From: Minisyncoccota bacterium
Lineage (GTDB): Bacteria > Patescibacteriota > Minisyncoccia > Phycocordibacterales > UBA9973
Assembly: GCA_035714785.1 (NCBI GenBank)
Contig: DASTLQ010000008.1
Coordinates: 1,713 to 65,712, forward strand
Length of the DNA: 64,000 nucleotides
Reading direction: 5' to 3'
The position numbers and the translations under genes are program-made. Each line of letters starts with the position of its first letter. Positions within the stretch are counted from its first letter, which is position 1. The notes beneath the pieces are model-generated. The model searched no databases and was not told the DNA's origin. It worked only from the letters and a program-made list of their open reading frames with translations. Positions 7,764 to 18,411 of this stretch are shown here, in pieces.

Positions 7764-9470
7764 CTACCAACTACCTCCCCCGCCCCCGCCGAAACCTCCA
7801 CCAGCAAATCCTCCACCGCCAGTCCCAGATCCACCGGAAGCAGCCGACATGCTACTGCCTATGGTCTCGGAAAATCCAGACATATGATTGGAAAAGGCTG
7901 AGACTGCCAAAGCTCCAGTCAGATGCCCCTGATACCATGACGGAGGAGATATATAAATGTTATCAAACTGCTTGGCCCATTTCTTTTCTACGCCCATGGC
8001 TATTGCATATGGCAGGAATTCCATAAACTGCTCCCCTGTCTTTTCTGGCGCATTATGAAAGGCTAATCTGTCCTTTTCAGTAACTGATAAAAAGAGCTTA
8101 AAGCCGAGAAGTCGGTCCTTTGCTTCTGCCCCAGCTTCTGTTCTTTTGCCCATCAAAAAGGCGAAGACAAGAACAATCAGGAATGAAAGGAAAGCAGAAA
8201 TTGCCCCTATCGGACCTGCAATGCTAGTGAAAAGAAGGAGCCCAGCAAAAAGCGTAACCACCGCGATGATTAGATAAATACCAACTACTTTTTTGGGATT
8301 CTTGTGATAGTATCCACGATCAGCCATTTCTTGGTACATGTCTTTCAAAAATTTTGAAGCATGACTCGAAAATGAAGTATTGTTTTTAAATGAAGAAATT
8401 TTCTTTATATCTCCTGCCTTATGTGGCTCATCAAAAATTAATTTCAAAATATCCTGTTCGATTTTTTCAAGCCCCGAAAAATTGTCGTTCACTAGCTCAA
8501 GCTCGTAGTCCACACTGCCAAACATCCAAGACTTTTCCAATCTTTTTATTTTTAAATATCCTTGTTCGGCCAAATAAATTATACCAGCCGTGATATCTCG
8601 GGTTTCTGGTCGGCCGTCGATCAGTGCACCTACTAATGTAGGTTTCATTTCTCTAGGAGGTTCGTATTCGGCAATGATTGGTTGATATCCCTTTGGATCT
8701 TGGCCATGTTTTTTCCAAATCAATAGCATAGCTAAGAAAATAAATATAGGAAAAGCTAGGATCAGATTGTCGAGCAGAATGGCAAAAGATTTTTCCGTTT
8801 CGCTCGGCTCTCGTACGGTACCTTTTGGAAATGACACAGCAGTGGTAAGTCCTTCACCGGGATATAAAACGGTAGTGGAATTTACAAAAATTACATTGTC
8901 TTTTAGGCTTGCTTGGCAAGTTTCATTTGCTCCATCTTTCCCGTGAAAACAACTTACTTTAATTTCTTTATCTTCGTCAGTTTGGGGAAGTTCGATTCTA
9001 GTGTTCACTTGGGCAATTGATGCGGGCCAGCCAGCGCCAGTCACATTCCAGTAAAATTCATCATAATCTTCAAAGTAACTTATTGCTCCTTTTACTAGAT
9101 AGGTGATTTCATAAAGGTGTTCACCACTGATGGTTTTGTCTTTATCCCCTATCTTTATTTCTACATTTGAGCCTTTATTTGTAACTTCATATGGCTCCAG
9201 AGCTCCGTCGCGAGTGACATTTTGTACCTCTAGTTTTATTGTTTTTTGTCCGAGCTTCGTCTTATATTTCACAGGCACATATCTAAAGATACCGTGCTTT
9301 TCTGCATCAAGGCTGTAAGTTATTTTTTCAACAACCAGAATACTCGCATATTCATTTACTTTTATATCTACAAAAAAACTTTTTATTTCCTCAACAGCAA
9401 AAGACGTTCTTCCTCCTATAGCAAGGAAGGTTAGGAAAACAAAAAGCCCTATGAAAATTTTCTTTTTCAC
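7764..9470 (-). CDS. DUF2207 domain membrane protein with C-terminal poly-Gly tail
   Basis: Signal peptide, large extracellular domain, TM helices, and a GGSGTGGGGFAGGGFGGGGGGSW tail typical of DUF2207. The partner LemA gene is adjacent. Confidence 0.7.
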   Translation of the reverse strand: MKKKIFIGLFVFLTFLAIGGRTSFAVEEIKSFFVDIKVNEYASILVVEKITYSLDAEKHGIFRYVPVKYKTKLGQKTIKLEVQNVTRDGALEPYEVTNKGSNVEIKIGDKDKTISGEHLYEITYLVKGAISYFEDYDEFYWNVTGAGWPASIAQVNTRIELPQTDEDKEIKVSCFHGKDGANETCQASLKDNVIFVNSTTVLYPGEGLTTAVSFPKGTVREPSETEKSFAILLDNLILAFPIFIFLAMLLIWKKHGQDPKGYQPIIAEYEPPREMKPTLVGALIDGRPETRDITAGIIYLAEQGYLKIKRLEKSWMFGSVDYELELVNDNFSGLEKIEQDILKLIFDEPHKAGDIKKISSFKNNTSFSSHASKFLKDMYQEMADRGYYHKNPKKVVGIYLIIAVVTLFAGLLLFTSIAGPIGAISAFLSFLIVLVFAFLMGKRTEAGAEAKDRLLGFKLFLSVTEKDRLAFHNAPEKTGEQFMEFLPYAIAMGVEKKWAKQFDNIYISPPSWYQGHLTGALAVSAFSNHMSGFSETIGSSMSAASGGSGTGGGGFAGGGFGGGGGGSW

Positions 9471-9475
9471 TTCTT

Positions 9476-10096
9476 TTAGAATTTTACTTCTACTGGGTTT
9501 TGAGCAGCGTCGCCGTCTGGTAGATCAAAGAATTGCTTCTTTCCAAATCCAAATACTCCAGCAATCACATTCCCTGGGAAGCTTTCTAGGCTAGTGTTTA
9601 GGTCGCGAACATTTCCGTTGTAAAATCTTCGAGAAGCCTGAATTTTGTTTTCAGTATCGGATAGTTCACGCTGAAGTTCCAAGAAGTTTGTATTCGCTTT
9701 TAGGTCAGGATACGCTTCTGCAAGAGCGAAGATGGATTTTAAAGCTCCGGTAAGCATGTTTTCAGCTTCGGCATGTTGCGCGGTTGGACCTTGTGCACCC
9801 ATCGCCACAGATCGAGCCTTTGTGACATTTTCAAAAGCGCTAGCTTCGTGAGTAGCGTAACCTTTTACAGTATTTACTAGATTTGGGATAAGATCATATC
9901 TTCTCTTTAGCTGTACTTCTATGTCTGCCCATGCTTCTTCGGTTCTGTTGCGAAGAGATATGAAATGGTTGTACATAGTAACCACCCATATCACCAAGAG
10001 GACTCCGATAGCAATCAGGTTAAATTCCCACGGAATTAGATCAAATAATCCGCTGGCTAGTAGTAAAATAATGATAATACCAAAGATAATATTCAT
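9476..10096 (-). CDS. lemA: LemA family protein
   Basis: N-terminal TM helix followed by RRYDLIPNLVNTVKGYATHE, which fits the LemA family. Confidence 0.8.
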   Translation of the reverse strand: MNIIFGIIIILLLASGLFDLIPWEFNLIAIGVLLVIWVVTMYNHFISLRNRTEEAWADIEVQLKRRYDLIPNLVNTVKGYATHEASAFENVTKARSVAMGAQGPTAQHAEAENMLTGALKSIFALAEAYPDLKANTNFLELQRELSDTENKIQASRRFYNGNVRDLNTSLESFPGNVIAGVFGFGKKQFFDLPDGDAAQNPVEVKF

Positions 10097-10143
10097 ATAA
10101 ATAATAAGGAATTAGGGGTAATACTTCTATTATAGCATGCTTA

Positions 10144-10224
10144 GGTGTAAGGGGTCCCCTTACACTTTATCCACACCCACCACCCTTACCTGTGGATAAC
10201 ATGTAAGGGGTCCCCTTGCATGTT
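10144..10224. repeat. REP-like repeat cluster R3 (2 inverted core units, 2 DnaA-box 9-mers)
   Basis: GGTGTAAGGGGTCCCCTTACACTTTATCCACACC...CCTGTGGATAACATGTAAGGGGTCCCCTTGCATG. It lies between the lemA start and the secF stop. Confidence 0.85.
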
Positions 10225-11128
10225 AGGCTTTACGTTTGTGCTCTTCCCACATCACGAGGACTGGGGAGGCGAAGAATATCGATGAATATACGCCGAAGAT
10301 CATACCTGTAGTAAGCATGAATGCAAAGTATTTTGTAGCAGGTGGTCCAAAGAAAAATAGGGACAGCAATACCAATATAGTAGTGAGCGAAGTGAGTATG
10401 GATCGAGCATAAGACTGATCCAAGCTCTTGCCTACAATTTCTTCAAATTTTGAATGATGTTTTATATTGTCTTCGTTTCGAAGATTTTCTCGAATACGAT
10501 CAAAGACCACAATAGTGTCAGCAATAGAAAGACCGACGATGGTAAGCGCAGCTACCACGAATAATGAATCCGCCTCTACTCCAGTAAATTTAGAAAGTAA
10601 TGAAAATACTCCAGCTGCAATGATCACGTCGTGCAAAAGTGCAGCGATAGCGATCAGTCCGTATTTCCATGAAGAAACTGGATTAGAAACTTTTCTGAAA
10701 GCAAATGCGATAAAGCATACCACCGCGAAAGAAGAAAGGATGATGGCGGTAATGGCTTTTCTTGAAAGCTCTCTTCCTGTTGATGGACCGATGGAATTAA
10801 AGCTAGTCTCTACAAGCTCATACTCATCGCCTGCAGACATGACCGAAAGCAATGCTTGGTGTTCATCATCTGTGAGATCGCGAGTCTTTACGATATATCC
10901 TGATTCCCCTGTAGGCTGAAGCACCACGGAACCAAGACCAAGTAGCGCAAGCTCACTGTTTAAATCAACTTGTAGAGGTCTCTCCCCTACATAGGTTACT
11001 TCGGTAAGTGCACCTCCTTTAAAGTCTATCCCCATTTTTATTCCAAATACGGAAATAGAGATGATAGACAAAATCACTAGTATGATAGAGATAGCGACAA
11101 ATATTTTTTTGTGTTTAATTACAAACAT
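10223..11128 (-). CDS. secF: Protein translocase subunit SecF
   Basis: The 301-aa ORF has six TM helices and the conserved FKGG.. N-terminal region. It lies downstream of secD. Confidence 0.85.
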   Translation of the reverse strand: MFVIKHKKIFVAISIILVILSIISISVFGIKMGIDFKGGALTEVTYVGERPLQVDLNSELALLGLGSVVLQPTGESGYIVKTRDLTDDEHQALLSVMSAGDEYELVETSFNSIGPSTGRELSRKAITAIILSSFAVVCFIAFAFRKVSNPVSSWKYGLIAIAALLHDVIIAAGVFSLLSKFTGVEADSLFVVAALTIVGLSIADTIVVFDRIRENLRNEDNIKHHSKFEEIVGKSLDQSYARSILTSLTTILVLLSLFFFGPPATKYFAFMLTTGMIFGVYSSIFFASPVLVMWEEHKRKA

Positions 11129-11130
11129 AA

Positions 11131-12495
11131 TTATTTTTTAAATATTCTTGCATCGAATAAAAATCTAGCAACCTTTCCTTCTCCAATGAATGTCACCCCG
11201 TATAGGAACAATCTTGAAATCACTACGGCAGCAAACATAGAGACCAGCACACCCATTCCAAGCGTCAGAGCAAATCCTTTGATGAGGGAACTTCCAAACC
11301 AGAAAAGGATCACTGATGTAATCAGGGTAGAAATATTTGAATCACGAATAGAAAGCCATGCTCGGGCAAAACCACCATTGATGGAATCAAGAATGCTCTT
11401 TTCTTCTGCAAGCTCTTCTTTCATGCGCTCAAATATAAGGATATTGGCGTCGACGGCTATACCGAGGGAAATAATAAATCCAGCGATGCCAGCTGCCGTC
11501 AAGGTGACTGGAATCAATTTATATAAAGCTAAAATAACTGCCACATATACCGCCAAAGAAATGACGGCTAGTAATCCTGGCAGGCGGTACCAAAGAATCA
11601 AAAAGATTGCGATTGCAAGAAATCCAATTATAGCTGCTTTCACTCCAGCCTCTACTGCATTTTCTCCAAGGATTGCTCCGATGGTCTGCCTAGAAACCAA
11701 AGTAATCGGCACAGGCAAAGCTCCGGAATTTAATCTTCCGACAAGCGTCTTCGCTTCTTCAGGAGTAAACTGTCCAGAAATTTGTGCTACTCCATCTAAG
11801 ATTGGTTCGTTTACTGTTGGTACTGAAATTGGTGCACCATCTAGATAGATTGCGACTGGCTTTCCGACATTTGCTTTTGTAATTTCTGCGAAGAGTTCTT
11901 TTCCTCTTTCATCAAATTCAATTCCAACCAAAGGCTGTCGTGTTGTAGGATCAAATTGTAAATTTGCTCTCTTTAAAAATCTTCCAGTAAGCTCCGTAGA
12001 AACAAATTGAGAATTTGGGTCTATTGTTAGCTCTCCTTCTTCGGTGATAGTGTAGTTTAGTTCTGTTCCCTCTGGGGCTTCAATTTTAAATTCCAAAATA
12101 GGAGTCTCACCGATCATGGCCGCTGCTTGGTCTACGTCAGTCACTCCGGGTAAGTCTACAATAAGTTTTTCTCCACCTCCTTCTACAAATCCGCCTCGCT
12201 GTATTTGAACGAGTGGCTCAGATACTCCAAAAAGATTTACTCGGCGCTCAATCACGTCTCTTAAGGCGTCCATTGATTCGCCAATTTCTCCGGGAGCTAC
12301 TTCTGAAACGTCCGCTTCATAAACAAGATGACTTCCGCCCGAAAGGTCTAGTCCTAAGCGCAAAGGAAAATTGTGAAAGAAAGAAGTCTCATTTTCATAG
12401 TTCGTGTTTGCCCGTGGTTCTGATTTAAATACAAAAAATGCCACTGCGATTCCGAGCAGTAATATGATGAGCGCTCCTAGTCTTTTTTTCCACAT
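11131..12495 (-). CDS. secD: Protein translocase subunit SecD
   Basis: Large periplasmic domain followed by six C-terminal TM helices. The start is trimmed to MWKKRLGALII, because the ORF's N-terminal extension runs into the REP repeat. Confidence 0.85.
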   Translation of the reverse strand: MWKKRLGALIILLLGIAVAFFVFKSEPRANTNYENETSFFHNFPLRLGLDLSGGSHLVYEADVSEVAPGEIGESMDALRDVIERRVNLFGVSEPLVQIQRGGFVEGGGEKLIVDLPGVTDVDQAAAMIGETPILEFKIEAPEGTELNYTITEEGELTIDPNSQFVSTELTGRFLKRANLQFDPTTRQPLVGIEFDERGKELFAEITKANVGKPVAIYLDGAPISVPTVNEPILDGVAQISGQFTPEEAKTLVGRLNSGALPVPITLVSRQTIGAILGENAVEAGVKAAIIGFLAIAIFLILWYRLPGLLAVISLAVYVAVILALYKLIPVTLTAAGIAGFIISLGIAVDANILIFERMKEELAEEKSILDSINGGFARAWLSIRDSNISTLITSVILFWFGSSLIKGFALTLGMGVLVSMFAAVVISRLFLYGVTFIGEGKVARFLFDARIFKK

Positions 12496-12544
12496 ACAGG
12501 TTGATATTACGACATTTTTTAAACGTTCGCAAGTTTTGGGCCAA

Positions 12545-12682
12545 CATGCAAGGGGTCCCCTCCAAGGGTCCACCTTCGCCAGAGGCGAAGGTGGACCCTT
12601 TAACATGCAAGGGGACCCCTTACACTTTATCCACACCCACCCCCCTTACCTGTGGATAACATGCAAGGGGTCCCCTTACACC
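12545..12682. repeat. REP-like repeat cluster R4 (3 core units, module B, 2 DnaA-box 9-mers) in the divergent secD/SIMPL intergenic region
   Basis: CATGCAAGGGGTCCCCTCCAAGGGTCCACCTTCGCCAGAGGCGAAGGTGGACCCTTTAACATGCAAGGGGACCCCTTACACTTTATCCACACC..CCTGTGGATAACATGCAAGGGGTCCCCTTACACC. Confidence 0.85.
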
Positions 12683-12702
12683 TAAAGTGCTATAATATAA
12701 GG

Positions 12703-13428
12703 ATGGAAAATAATACTACACGTACATATACGCTTTTTGCCCTCATTTTGGGACTGTCTTTGGTTTTAAGTGCGATTATTGGCTCAATGACTTTTTATAA
12801 ACTCCGCTCGATGGATTATATTTCTTCTACTGGCTCCGCTAAGAAAGCAGTGGTCTCCGACAAGGTGAAATGGTCTTCAAACATCAGCCGACCAGTTCGA
12901 ACTTCTACTATCAAAAGCGGATACGCAAACATGGAAGCAGATTTAAAGGCGGTGCGCAATTTTCTTACCACTAACGGAATTCCGGCAGAGTCAATCGAAA
13001 TCTCCCCTGTCTTTATGCACGAAGTATATGAACAAAATCCTGGAATAGAAAAAGCCTATACTCTCACTCAGAGTATCGAAGTAAGCTCTACCGATGTTGC
13101 AAAAATTGCAGAGCTTGCAAAAAACACTAGCTCTCTAGCAAACTCGGGCATGATCTTTTCTACAAACTCATTAGAATACTTTTACTCCCAACTTCCTGAA
13201 GCTCGTGTAGAACTCTTGGCTGCAGCAGTGGAAGATGCAAAAAATCGTGCAGGCCAAATAGCTAAGGCAGGAGGAAAGAAAATTGGTACTCTAAAATCTG
13301 CATCATCTGGCGTAGTGCAAGTAATGTCTGAAAACTCTATCGAAGTTTCAGACTACGGTATGTACGATACTTCTAAAATAAACAAAGAAATAATGGTGAC
13401 AGTAAAGGCTAGCTTCGAGATTCGCTAG
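12703..13428 (+). CDS. SIMPL (DUF541) domain protein
   Basis: N-terminal TM helix and a SIMPL-like periplasmic domain. The start is trimmed to MENNTTRTY, because the ORF's 5' extension reads through the repeat. Confidence 0.65.
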   Translation: MENNTTRTYTLFALILGLSLVLSAIIGSMTFYKLRSMDYISSTGSAKKAVVSDKVKWSSNISRPVRTSTIKSGYANMEADLKAVRNFLTTNGIPAESIEISPVFMHEVYEQNPGIEKAYTLTQSIEVSSTDVAKIAELAKNTSSLANSGMIFSTNSLEYFYSQLPEARVELLAAAVEDAKNRAGQIAKAGGKKIGTLKSASSGVVQVMSENSIEVSDYGMYDTSKINKEIMVTVKASFEIR

Positions 13429-13966
13429 ATTCTATAGACTGAAAAGATCTTTTTACTAAGTAGGCTATTATTGCTCCTACCACTAATCCCCCCAAAATAT
13501 CAACTGGAGAATGCACTCCGGCTGATATTCGTGCGAGTCCAATCACTAAAGCAATAATAATAAACACTGTTCCAGCTTTTTTACTTGTCATGTAAATCGC
13601 AACAGCCAGCGCCATAAAGAAAGTGGTGTGCGAAGAAGGAAAACCGTAGCCAGACTCTTCAATAATAGGAGTAATGTCGGTGATGAAATCAAGTGGACGC
13701 GGAGTAGATAATATAATTTTTAAAACATTTGCCACTACCCAAGCGGACACTAGCGAAACTACTATCGGTGCGAATTTTTTCCAATTATTGAAAAAGTTTT
13801 TGAAAGGATTCCCTCTAGGTAACACGTCGTAATGATATGCTAAAAATATCCCCGCCCCCAAGAGGGCGATATACGGTAAGGTATCAGCTAAAAAATAAAT
13901 CAGCTCATCTATCGTCTGTGACTGTCCTGTTAGATTATGAAAATATAAAAATATTTGTTCGTTCAT
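13409..13966 (-). CDS. PAP2 family phosphatase (undecaprenyl-diphosphatase-like)
   Basis: PAP2 motifs are present (PSSHTTFF and SAGVHSPVDILGG), with multiple TM helices. Confidence 0.75.
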   Translation of the reverse strand: MNEQIFLYFHNLTGQSQTIDELIYFLADTLPYIALLGAGIFLAYHYDVLPRGNPFKNFFNNWKKFAPIVVSLVSAWVVANVLKIILSTPRPLDFITDITPIIEESGYGFPSSHTTFFMALAVAIYMTSKKAGTVFIIIALVIGLARISAGVHSPVDILGGLVVGAIIAYLVKRSFQSIESSESRS

Positions 13967-13967
13967 A

Positions 13968-14810
13968 TTATTTACCCCTCTTCTTTGCTACTTTTAATAC
14001 ATTTCCTAGAAGCATAGCCACGGTCACCGGACCAACACCGCCAGGCACTGGGGACACAAAGCTTGCCACCCCGCGCACAGATTCTAAATCTACATCCCCT
14101 ACTATCCCTCCATTTGATTCAGAAGTACCAGCATCTATGATGACAGCTCCCTCTTTTATCATATCACCTGTGATATATTTTCCTCGGCCTATACCGGAGA
14201 TGATCACGTCCGCTTCCTTGATGATTTTCTCTTTATCTTCGGTAGAACTTCGGACAGTCACCGGCTCTAATCCTCTAAAACGGAGGAGTGCCGTCACGGG
14301 CTTTCCCACCAAATCTCCTTGACCTAGCACTGCTATTTTCTTACCCATTAAATCAATATTAATGGAATCCAATATAGCCATACAGGCCAAAGCCGTAGGA
14401 AAACCAACTTCGTTTTTGCCTTCGTAAAATCTTTGGCTAGCTTTTTCTCCCAAACAGTCTACATCTATCTCTTCGGGTACGCTGTTTAATATTTCCTCTC
14501 TGTGCTCCGCCAAACCACTTGGCAATGGAAGCTGGACTATCACCCCGCACATCCCCGGCACGTCCTTTAATTTTTTAATTTCTTCCATTAATACTAGGGC
14601 GGAAATATCTGCGGGAAATTGCGCTCGATGGAAACGTATACCTATCCGCTCCGCAGTCTTTGCTTTCATATCTACATACTGCACGGAAGCAGGATCGCTT
14701 CCTACTAATACATCTGAAAACACGGGCTGAAAAGAAAGTAAAGATATTTCTTCTTTAGTCTTTTCGAGCATCTCCCCTCTCATTTTTTTCCCGTCGATTA
14801 TGATTGTCAT
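13968..14810 (-). CDS. folD: Bifunctional methylenetetrahydrofolate dehydrogenase/cyclohydrolase
   Basis: The 280-aa ORF has GGVGPVTVAMLL and a Rossmann GxGxxG motif, and matches FolD along its full length. Confidence 0.9.
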   Translation of the reverse strand: MTIIIDGKKMRGEMLEKTKEEISLLSFQPVFSDVLVGSDPASVQYVDMKAKTAERIGIRFHRAQFPADISALVLMEEIKKLKDVPGMCGVIVQLPLPSGLAEHREEILNSVPEEIDVDCLGEKASQRFYEGKNEVGFPTALACMAILDSINIDLMGKKIAVLGQGDLVGKPVTALLRFRGLEPVTVRSSTEDKEKIIKEADVIISGIGRGKYITGDMIKEGAVIIDAGTSESNGGIVGDVDLESVRGVASFVSPVPGGVGPVTVAMLLGNVLKVAKKRGK

Positions 14811-14843
14811 ATTTGCGCGTATACTAGATTATTTTCAAAAAAA

Positions 14844-15971
14844 TTATACTCCATAAAATTCATTTTTCATATCGTCTCGATGAGCTGGCCTAGAATATCT
14901 ACGTGCGCTCATCATGATCCCAAGAGCCGCAAACTCGGTGAGCAAGTGTGATCCTCCGTAGCTCATAAAAGGTAGCGGGATTCCCGTCACGGGCATGAGA
15001 CCCAGATTCATACCGATGTTGATAATAATATGACTCATGAGCATGATAGCCACGCCCATTCCAAACAGCATTTCAAAATTTGAAGCACCCAAGGAAGCTG
15101 TATATAAAATCCTCCATATCACCAAGCCGTACAAGAGAATAATAAAGACAGATCCAACAAAACCCCATTCTTCGGCAAAGGCGGCAAAGATAAAGTCGGT
15201 CTGAGGCTCCGGCAAAAACTGCAACCGAGACTGACTTCCATATCCTAGTCCTTTTCCTAGAGCCTGCCCAGAGCCCACGGCCACCGTAGATTGAAATGCG
15301 TTGTATCCAGAGCCGTGAATATCAGCTAGAGGATTTAGGAAAGTAACGATGCGGGCCTTTTGATATGGAGCAAAAACAAACATCCACATAGTCATAAATA
15401 TCAAGGCTCCACCGGCAAATACTAGCAATAAGTGCTTTTTGGAAATACCTGAAACGAGCACCATTCCAAGCCAAATAAAGAAAATAATCATAGCGGATCC
15501 GAAGTCGGGCTGAAGGAGCACGAGTCCCACCGGAATGAGAACATATATAGCGGATATGAAAATATGCTTTATATTTTTGATCTCAACATGGCGACGAGAA
15601 AAATATTTAGCCAAGACCAACACTAACACTAGTTTCATCATGTCTGCCGGCTGAAAAGAAAATCCTGCAAAAGAAAACCAACTCTGTGATCCTTTGATAG
15701 TGCTACCTAAGAAAAATAGAGCCACAAGAAATCCACAAAAAACTAGGAAAAGTCCTACTAATACTTCTGTCCGGCGAAGAAAGCGAAAATCTATAAAAGA
15801 GAATCCAAAAAAGACTGCAAAAGAAATGGCAGCCCAGAGAACCTGTCTTTCAAAAAAATTCCCTCCCCCTTCAGGCGAAAAAGAATTCATGGTGACCAGA
15901 CCTGCCAGTACTATCGGCACAATAAAGAAAACAAGTAGCCAGTCTATCCGTTGTAGAGTCCTCTGTACCAT
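14844..15971 (-). CDS. rodA: Peptidoglycan glycosyltransferase RodA/FtsW (SEDS family)
   Basis: Ten TM helices and conserved SEDS loops (..PEPQTDFIFA..). Confidence 0.85.
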   Translation of the reverse strand: MVQRTLQRIDWLLVFFIVPIVLAGLVTMNSFSPEGGGNFFERQVLWAAISFAVFFGFSFIDFRFLRRTEVLVGLFLVFCGFLVALFFLGSTIKGSQSWFSFAGFSFQPADMMKLVLVLVLAKYFSRRHVEIKNIKHIFISAIYVLIPVGLVLLQPDFGSAMIIFFIWLGMVLVSGISKKHLLLVFAGGALIFMTMWMFVFAPYQKARIVTFLNPLADIHGSGYNAFQSTVAVGSGQALGKGLGYGSQSRLQFLPEPQTDFIFAAFAEEWGFVGSVFIILLYGLVIWRILYTASLGASNFEMLFGMGVAIMLMSHIIINIGMNLGLMPVTGIPLPFMSYGGSHLLTEFAALGIMMSARRYSRPAHRDDMKNEFYGV

Positions 15972-15973
15972 CT

Positions 15974-16762
15974 TTATTTAAGATTCGCCATAAAGATGTC
16001 ATACATCGGTATGATTTCTTTAGCGATTATTGTTTCTTTAAATCCTTGTGGCCATGTAAAGGTTATTTCCTTGCTTTCACCTCTTTTTAATTCTTCTACG
16101 TATGTACGTGAAGCTGAGATTGCATTTCCATTTTCATCATAAAGGAGAGTCACCACATCTATATCAGGAACAATAAATAGTGAGTCATTCTTTATTTTCG
16201 CAGACAGTCTCGGATCTGTAGCTTCATTTTCTAGGGTTACCTCTGACACTAAAATATTTATATCTCTCATCCGATCCTCTGGCGCTTTTACCCAAACTGG
16301 AGTTTCTAAAAATTCAAAAGTGACATATACAGGGGCCGAATTTCCAAAATCGAGAGCAGGCTCAAATACGGCAAACTTTGCGGAAGGTGGGACCAAGGTT
16401 TCCCCTTCTCTCATTCCTATATAAATATTATCTTCATCTGCAAATCGAAATCTGTATTTTATTTTTCTAATTGCGCTAGTAGGGTTGTGATTTTCTAAAT
16501 ATGCGACAGCATTGTATCGGCCAGGAACTACTTCAAAAGCTCTGGACCATAATATTGAAACCTGATCTACTTGATACAGACACACCAAGGCACAAGAGCC
16601 TCCGCAGTCTACTCCTTGCTCGTCTCCATTTTGCCTGCCGTCTTCGCATGTAGGGAGACGATTTACAATCGGAGAAATAACCATATACCCCAAGGTACCA
16701 AGAAAAAGCACAAAAACCCCTATGAACATAAGTTGTCTTTTCAGACTCCACGTAAGTGTCAT
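15974..16762 (-). CDS. Hypothetical membrane-anchored protein with Cys-rich extracytoplasmic domain
   Basis: N-terminal TM helix and CEDGRQNGDEQGVDCGGSCALVC. It is translationally coupled upstream of rodA. Confidence 0.45.
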   Translation of the reverse strand: MTLTWSLKRQLMFIGVFVLFLGTLGYMVISPIVNRLPTCEDGRQNGDEQGVDCGGSCALVCLYQVDQVSILWSRAFEVVPGRYNAVAYLENHNPTSAIRKIKYRFRFADEDNIYIGMREGETLVPPSAKFAVFEPALDFGNSAPVYVTFEFLETPVWVKAPEDRMRDINILVSEVTLENEATDPRLSAKIKNDSLFIVPDIDVVTLLYDENGNAISASRTYVEELKRGESKEITFTWPQGFKETIIAKEIIPMYDIFMANLK

Positions 16763-16790
16763 AGGGTTATTGTATCATAATTTAGAATTT

Positions 16791-16952
16791 CATTACTCTG
16801 TCCAAAAGACTTACGTAGAAGAGGTGTTTAGTTCCCCTACCTCAAAGACTTTTGTATATAGACTTTTCATTACTCTGTCCAAAAGACTTACGTAGGAGAG
16901 GTGTTTAGTTCCCCTACCTCAAAGACTTTTGTATATAGACTTTTCATTACTC
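16791..16952. repeat. 77-bp tandem repeat (2.1 copies) immediately 3' of 5S rRNA
   Basis: The units start at 16791, 16868 and 16945 (partial) and differ by one mismatch. Each unit begins CATTACTCTGTCC, which mimics the boundary at the 3' end of 5S. Confidence 0.8.
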
Positions 16953-17062
<110 letters not shown>

Positions 17063-17422
17063 ACAATAATGAAATTGCGATATATATACTGTCGCTCCCG
17101 CCGTGGCGGACGCGTTATGATTTTCAAATTTCTTAACAGGAATCGAACAATTAGTACTTCTCAGCTCTACACATTACTGTGCTTACACTTAAAGCCTATC
17201 AACCTGATCATCTCTCAGGGTTCTTAACGATTCCTAATCTTGAAGCTGGCTTCCCTCTTAGATGCTTTCAGAGGTTATCCATTCCCGACATAGCTACCGA
17301 GCAATCCACTTGGCAGTAGAGCTCGTACACCAGAGGTCAGTTCACGCCGGTCCTCTCGTACTAAGCGCAAATCTTCTCAAGAATCAACGAGTGCAGTAGA
17401 TAGGAGACCAACCTGTCTCACG

Positions 17423-17748
17423 CATCTACGTCCATAATTACTTATGGGATTGGACTATAGCTTCATCTTTCTTCAGTTTTTACTTGAATAAGACTGCTGA
17501 CGTTTAGTCTCTACGGGTTCCGCCTACTGGCAGATTCCCTCGGTATTGCCCTCACTTTCGTGATCGGGTTTCACCGATACTAGTCAGCTTCACGTCACGC
17601 ATTTCTGTGTGACGCCGCCGTGATGTGCTAAAGCAAATGAATGCCATGCACGTGGTTGTTTTCGATTTATAACAGTCTAATTCGTTCTGAATTATTTTCC
17701 TCTGTAGGGTTCAGATCGTCAAAACCACAAGTTTGTCTTATGATCTCA
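17423..17748 (-). other. Group I intron (ORF-less) in 23S rRNA at the E. coli position ~2593 equivalent
   Basis: Exon junction GGGTTCAGACCGT|intron|CGTGAGACAGG. The intron follows U and ends in G. R-like (GTAGAGACTAAACG) and S-like (GAAGCTATAGTCC) elements are present. Confidence 0.65.
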
Positions 17749-18411
17749 ACGGTCTGAACCCAGCTCGCGTACCTTTTTAATTGGCGAACAGCCAAACGCT
17801 TGGGAGCTTCTCCACCCCCGCGCTAAGGTGAGCCGACATCGAGGTGCCGAACTCCGCCGTCGATATGAACTCTTAGGCGGAACTAGCCTGTTATCCCTAG
17901 AGTAGCTTTTATCCGTTAATCTAAACCCGCATCTAATGCGAAATTTCGGTTCACTTAGTTCTGGTTTCCCACCTGCTCGGGAAGTACCCCTTACAGTCAA
18001 GCCATCTTATGCCTATACACTATCGGCACGGTTTCCATTCGCGCCTAGATGACCTTTAAACCCCTCCTTTACTTTTTAGGAGGGTACAGCCCCAGTAAAA
18101 CTATCCACCAGATACTGTCTCAGTCCGTTTTTTCCGTACTGGTTAGAACATGCCTTCAAAAAGAATGGTATTTCACTGACGAGTAGATAACAGCCGAAAC
18201 CGCTAACATCAGACCTCTCCCATCTATTCTACGCAGTTTAAAAACATGCTCAATATCAAGTTATAGTAAAGCTTCTAGGGTCTTTTCGTCTAACTGCACT
18301 TAACCGGCATCTTCACCGGTATTGTATTTTCACCGAGCTGGTCCCCGAGACAGTTTCCCAGTCATTACACCATTCGTGCGCGTCGGAACTTACCCGACAA
18401 GGTATTTCGCT

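Noticed and set aside
10467-12428. Antisense ORFs within secF and secD (10467-10919 +, 11111-11848 +, 12213-12428 +)
   Set aside because: They run opposite to strongly supported SecD/SecF coding sequences and have low-complexity, Ser/Thr/Ala-rich translations. They are typical shadow ORFs.
12404-12685. Small ORFs whose proteins read MWIKCKGSPCMLKGPPSP / MQGDPLHFIHTHPPYLWITCKGSPYT / MDNMQGVPLH (also at 6726-6974, 22499-22765, 30167-30355 and 51117-51311, and as N-terminal extensions of secD, the SIMPL gene, the HTH gene, purH and the bPH gene)
   Set aside because: These are translations of the REP-like palindromic repeat in various frames. They recur wherever the repeat occurs and have no coding signal. 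The true gene starts are at internal Met codons downstream of the repeat.
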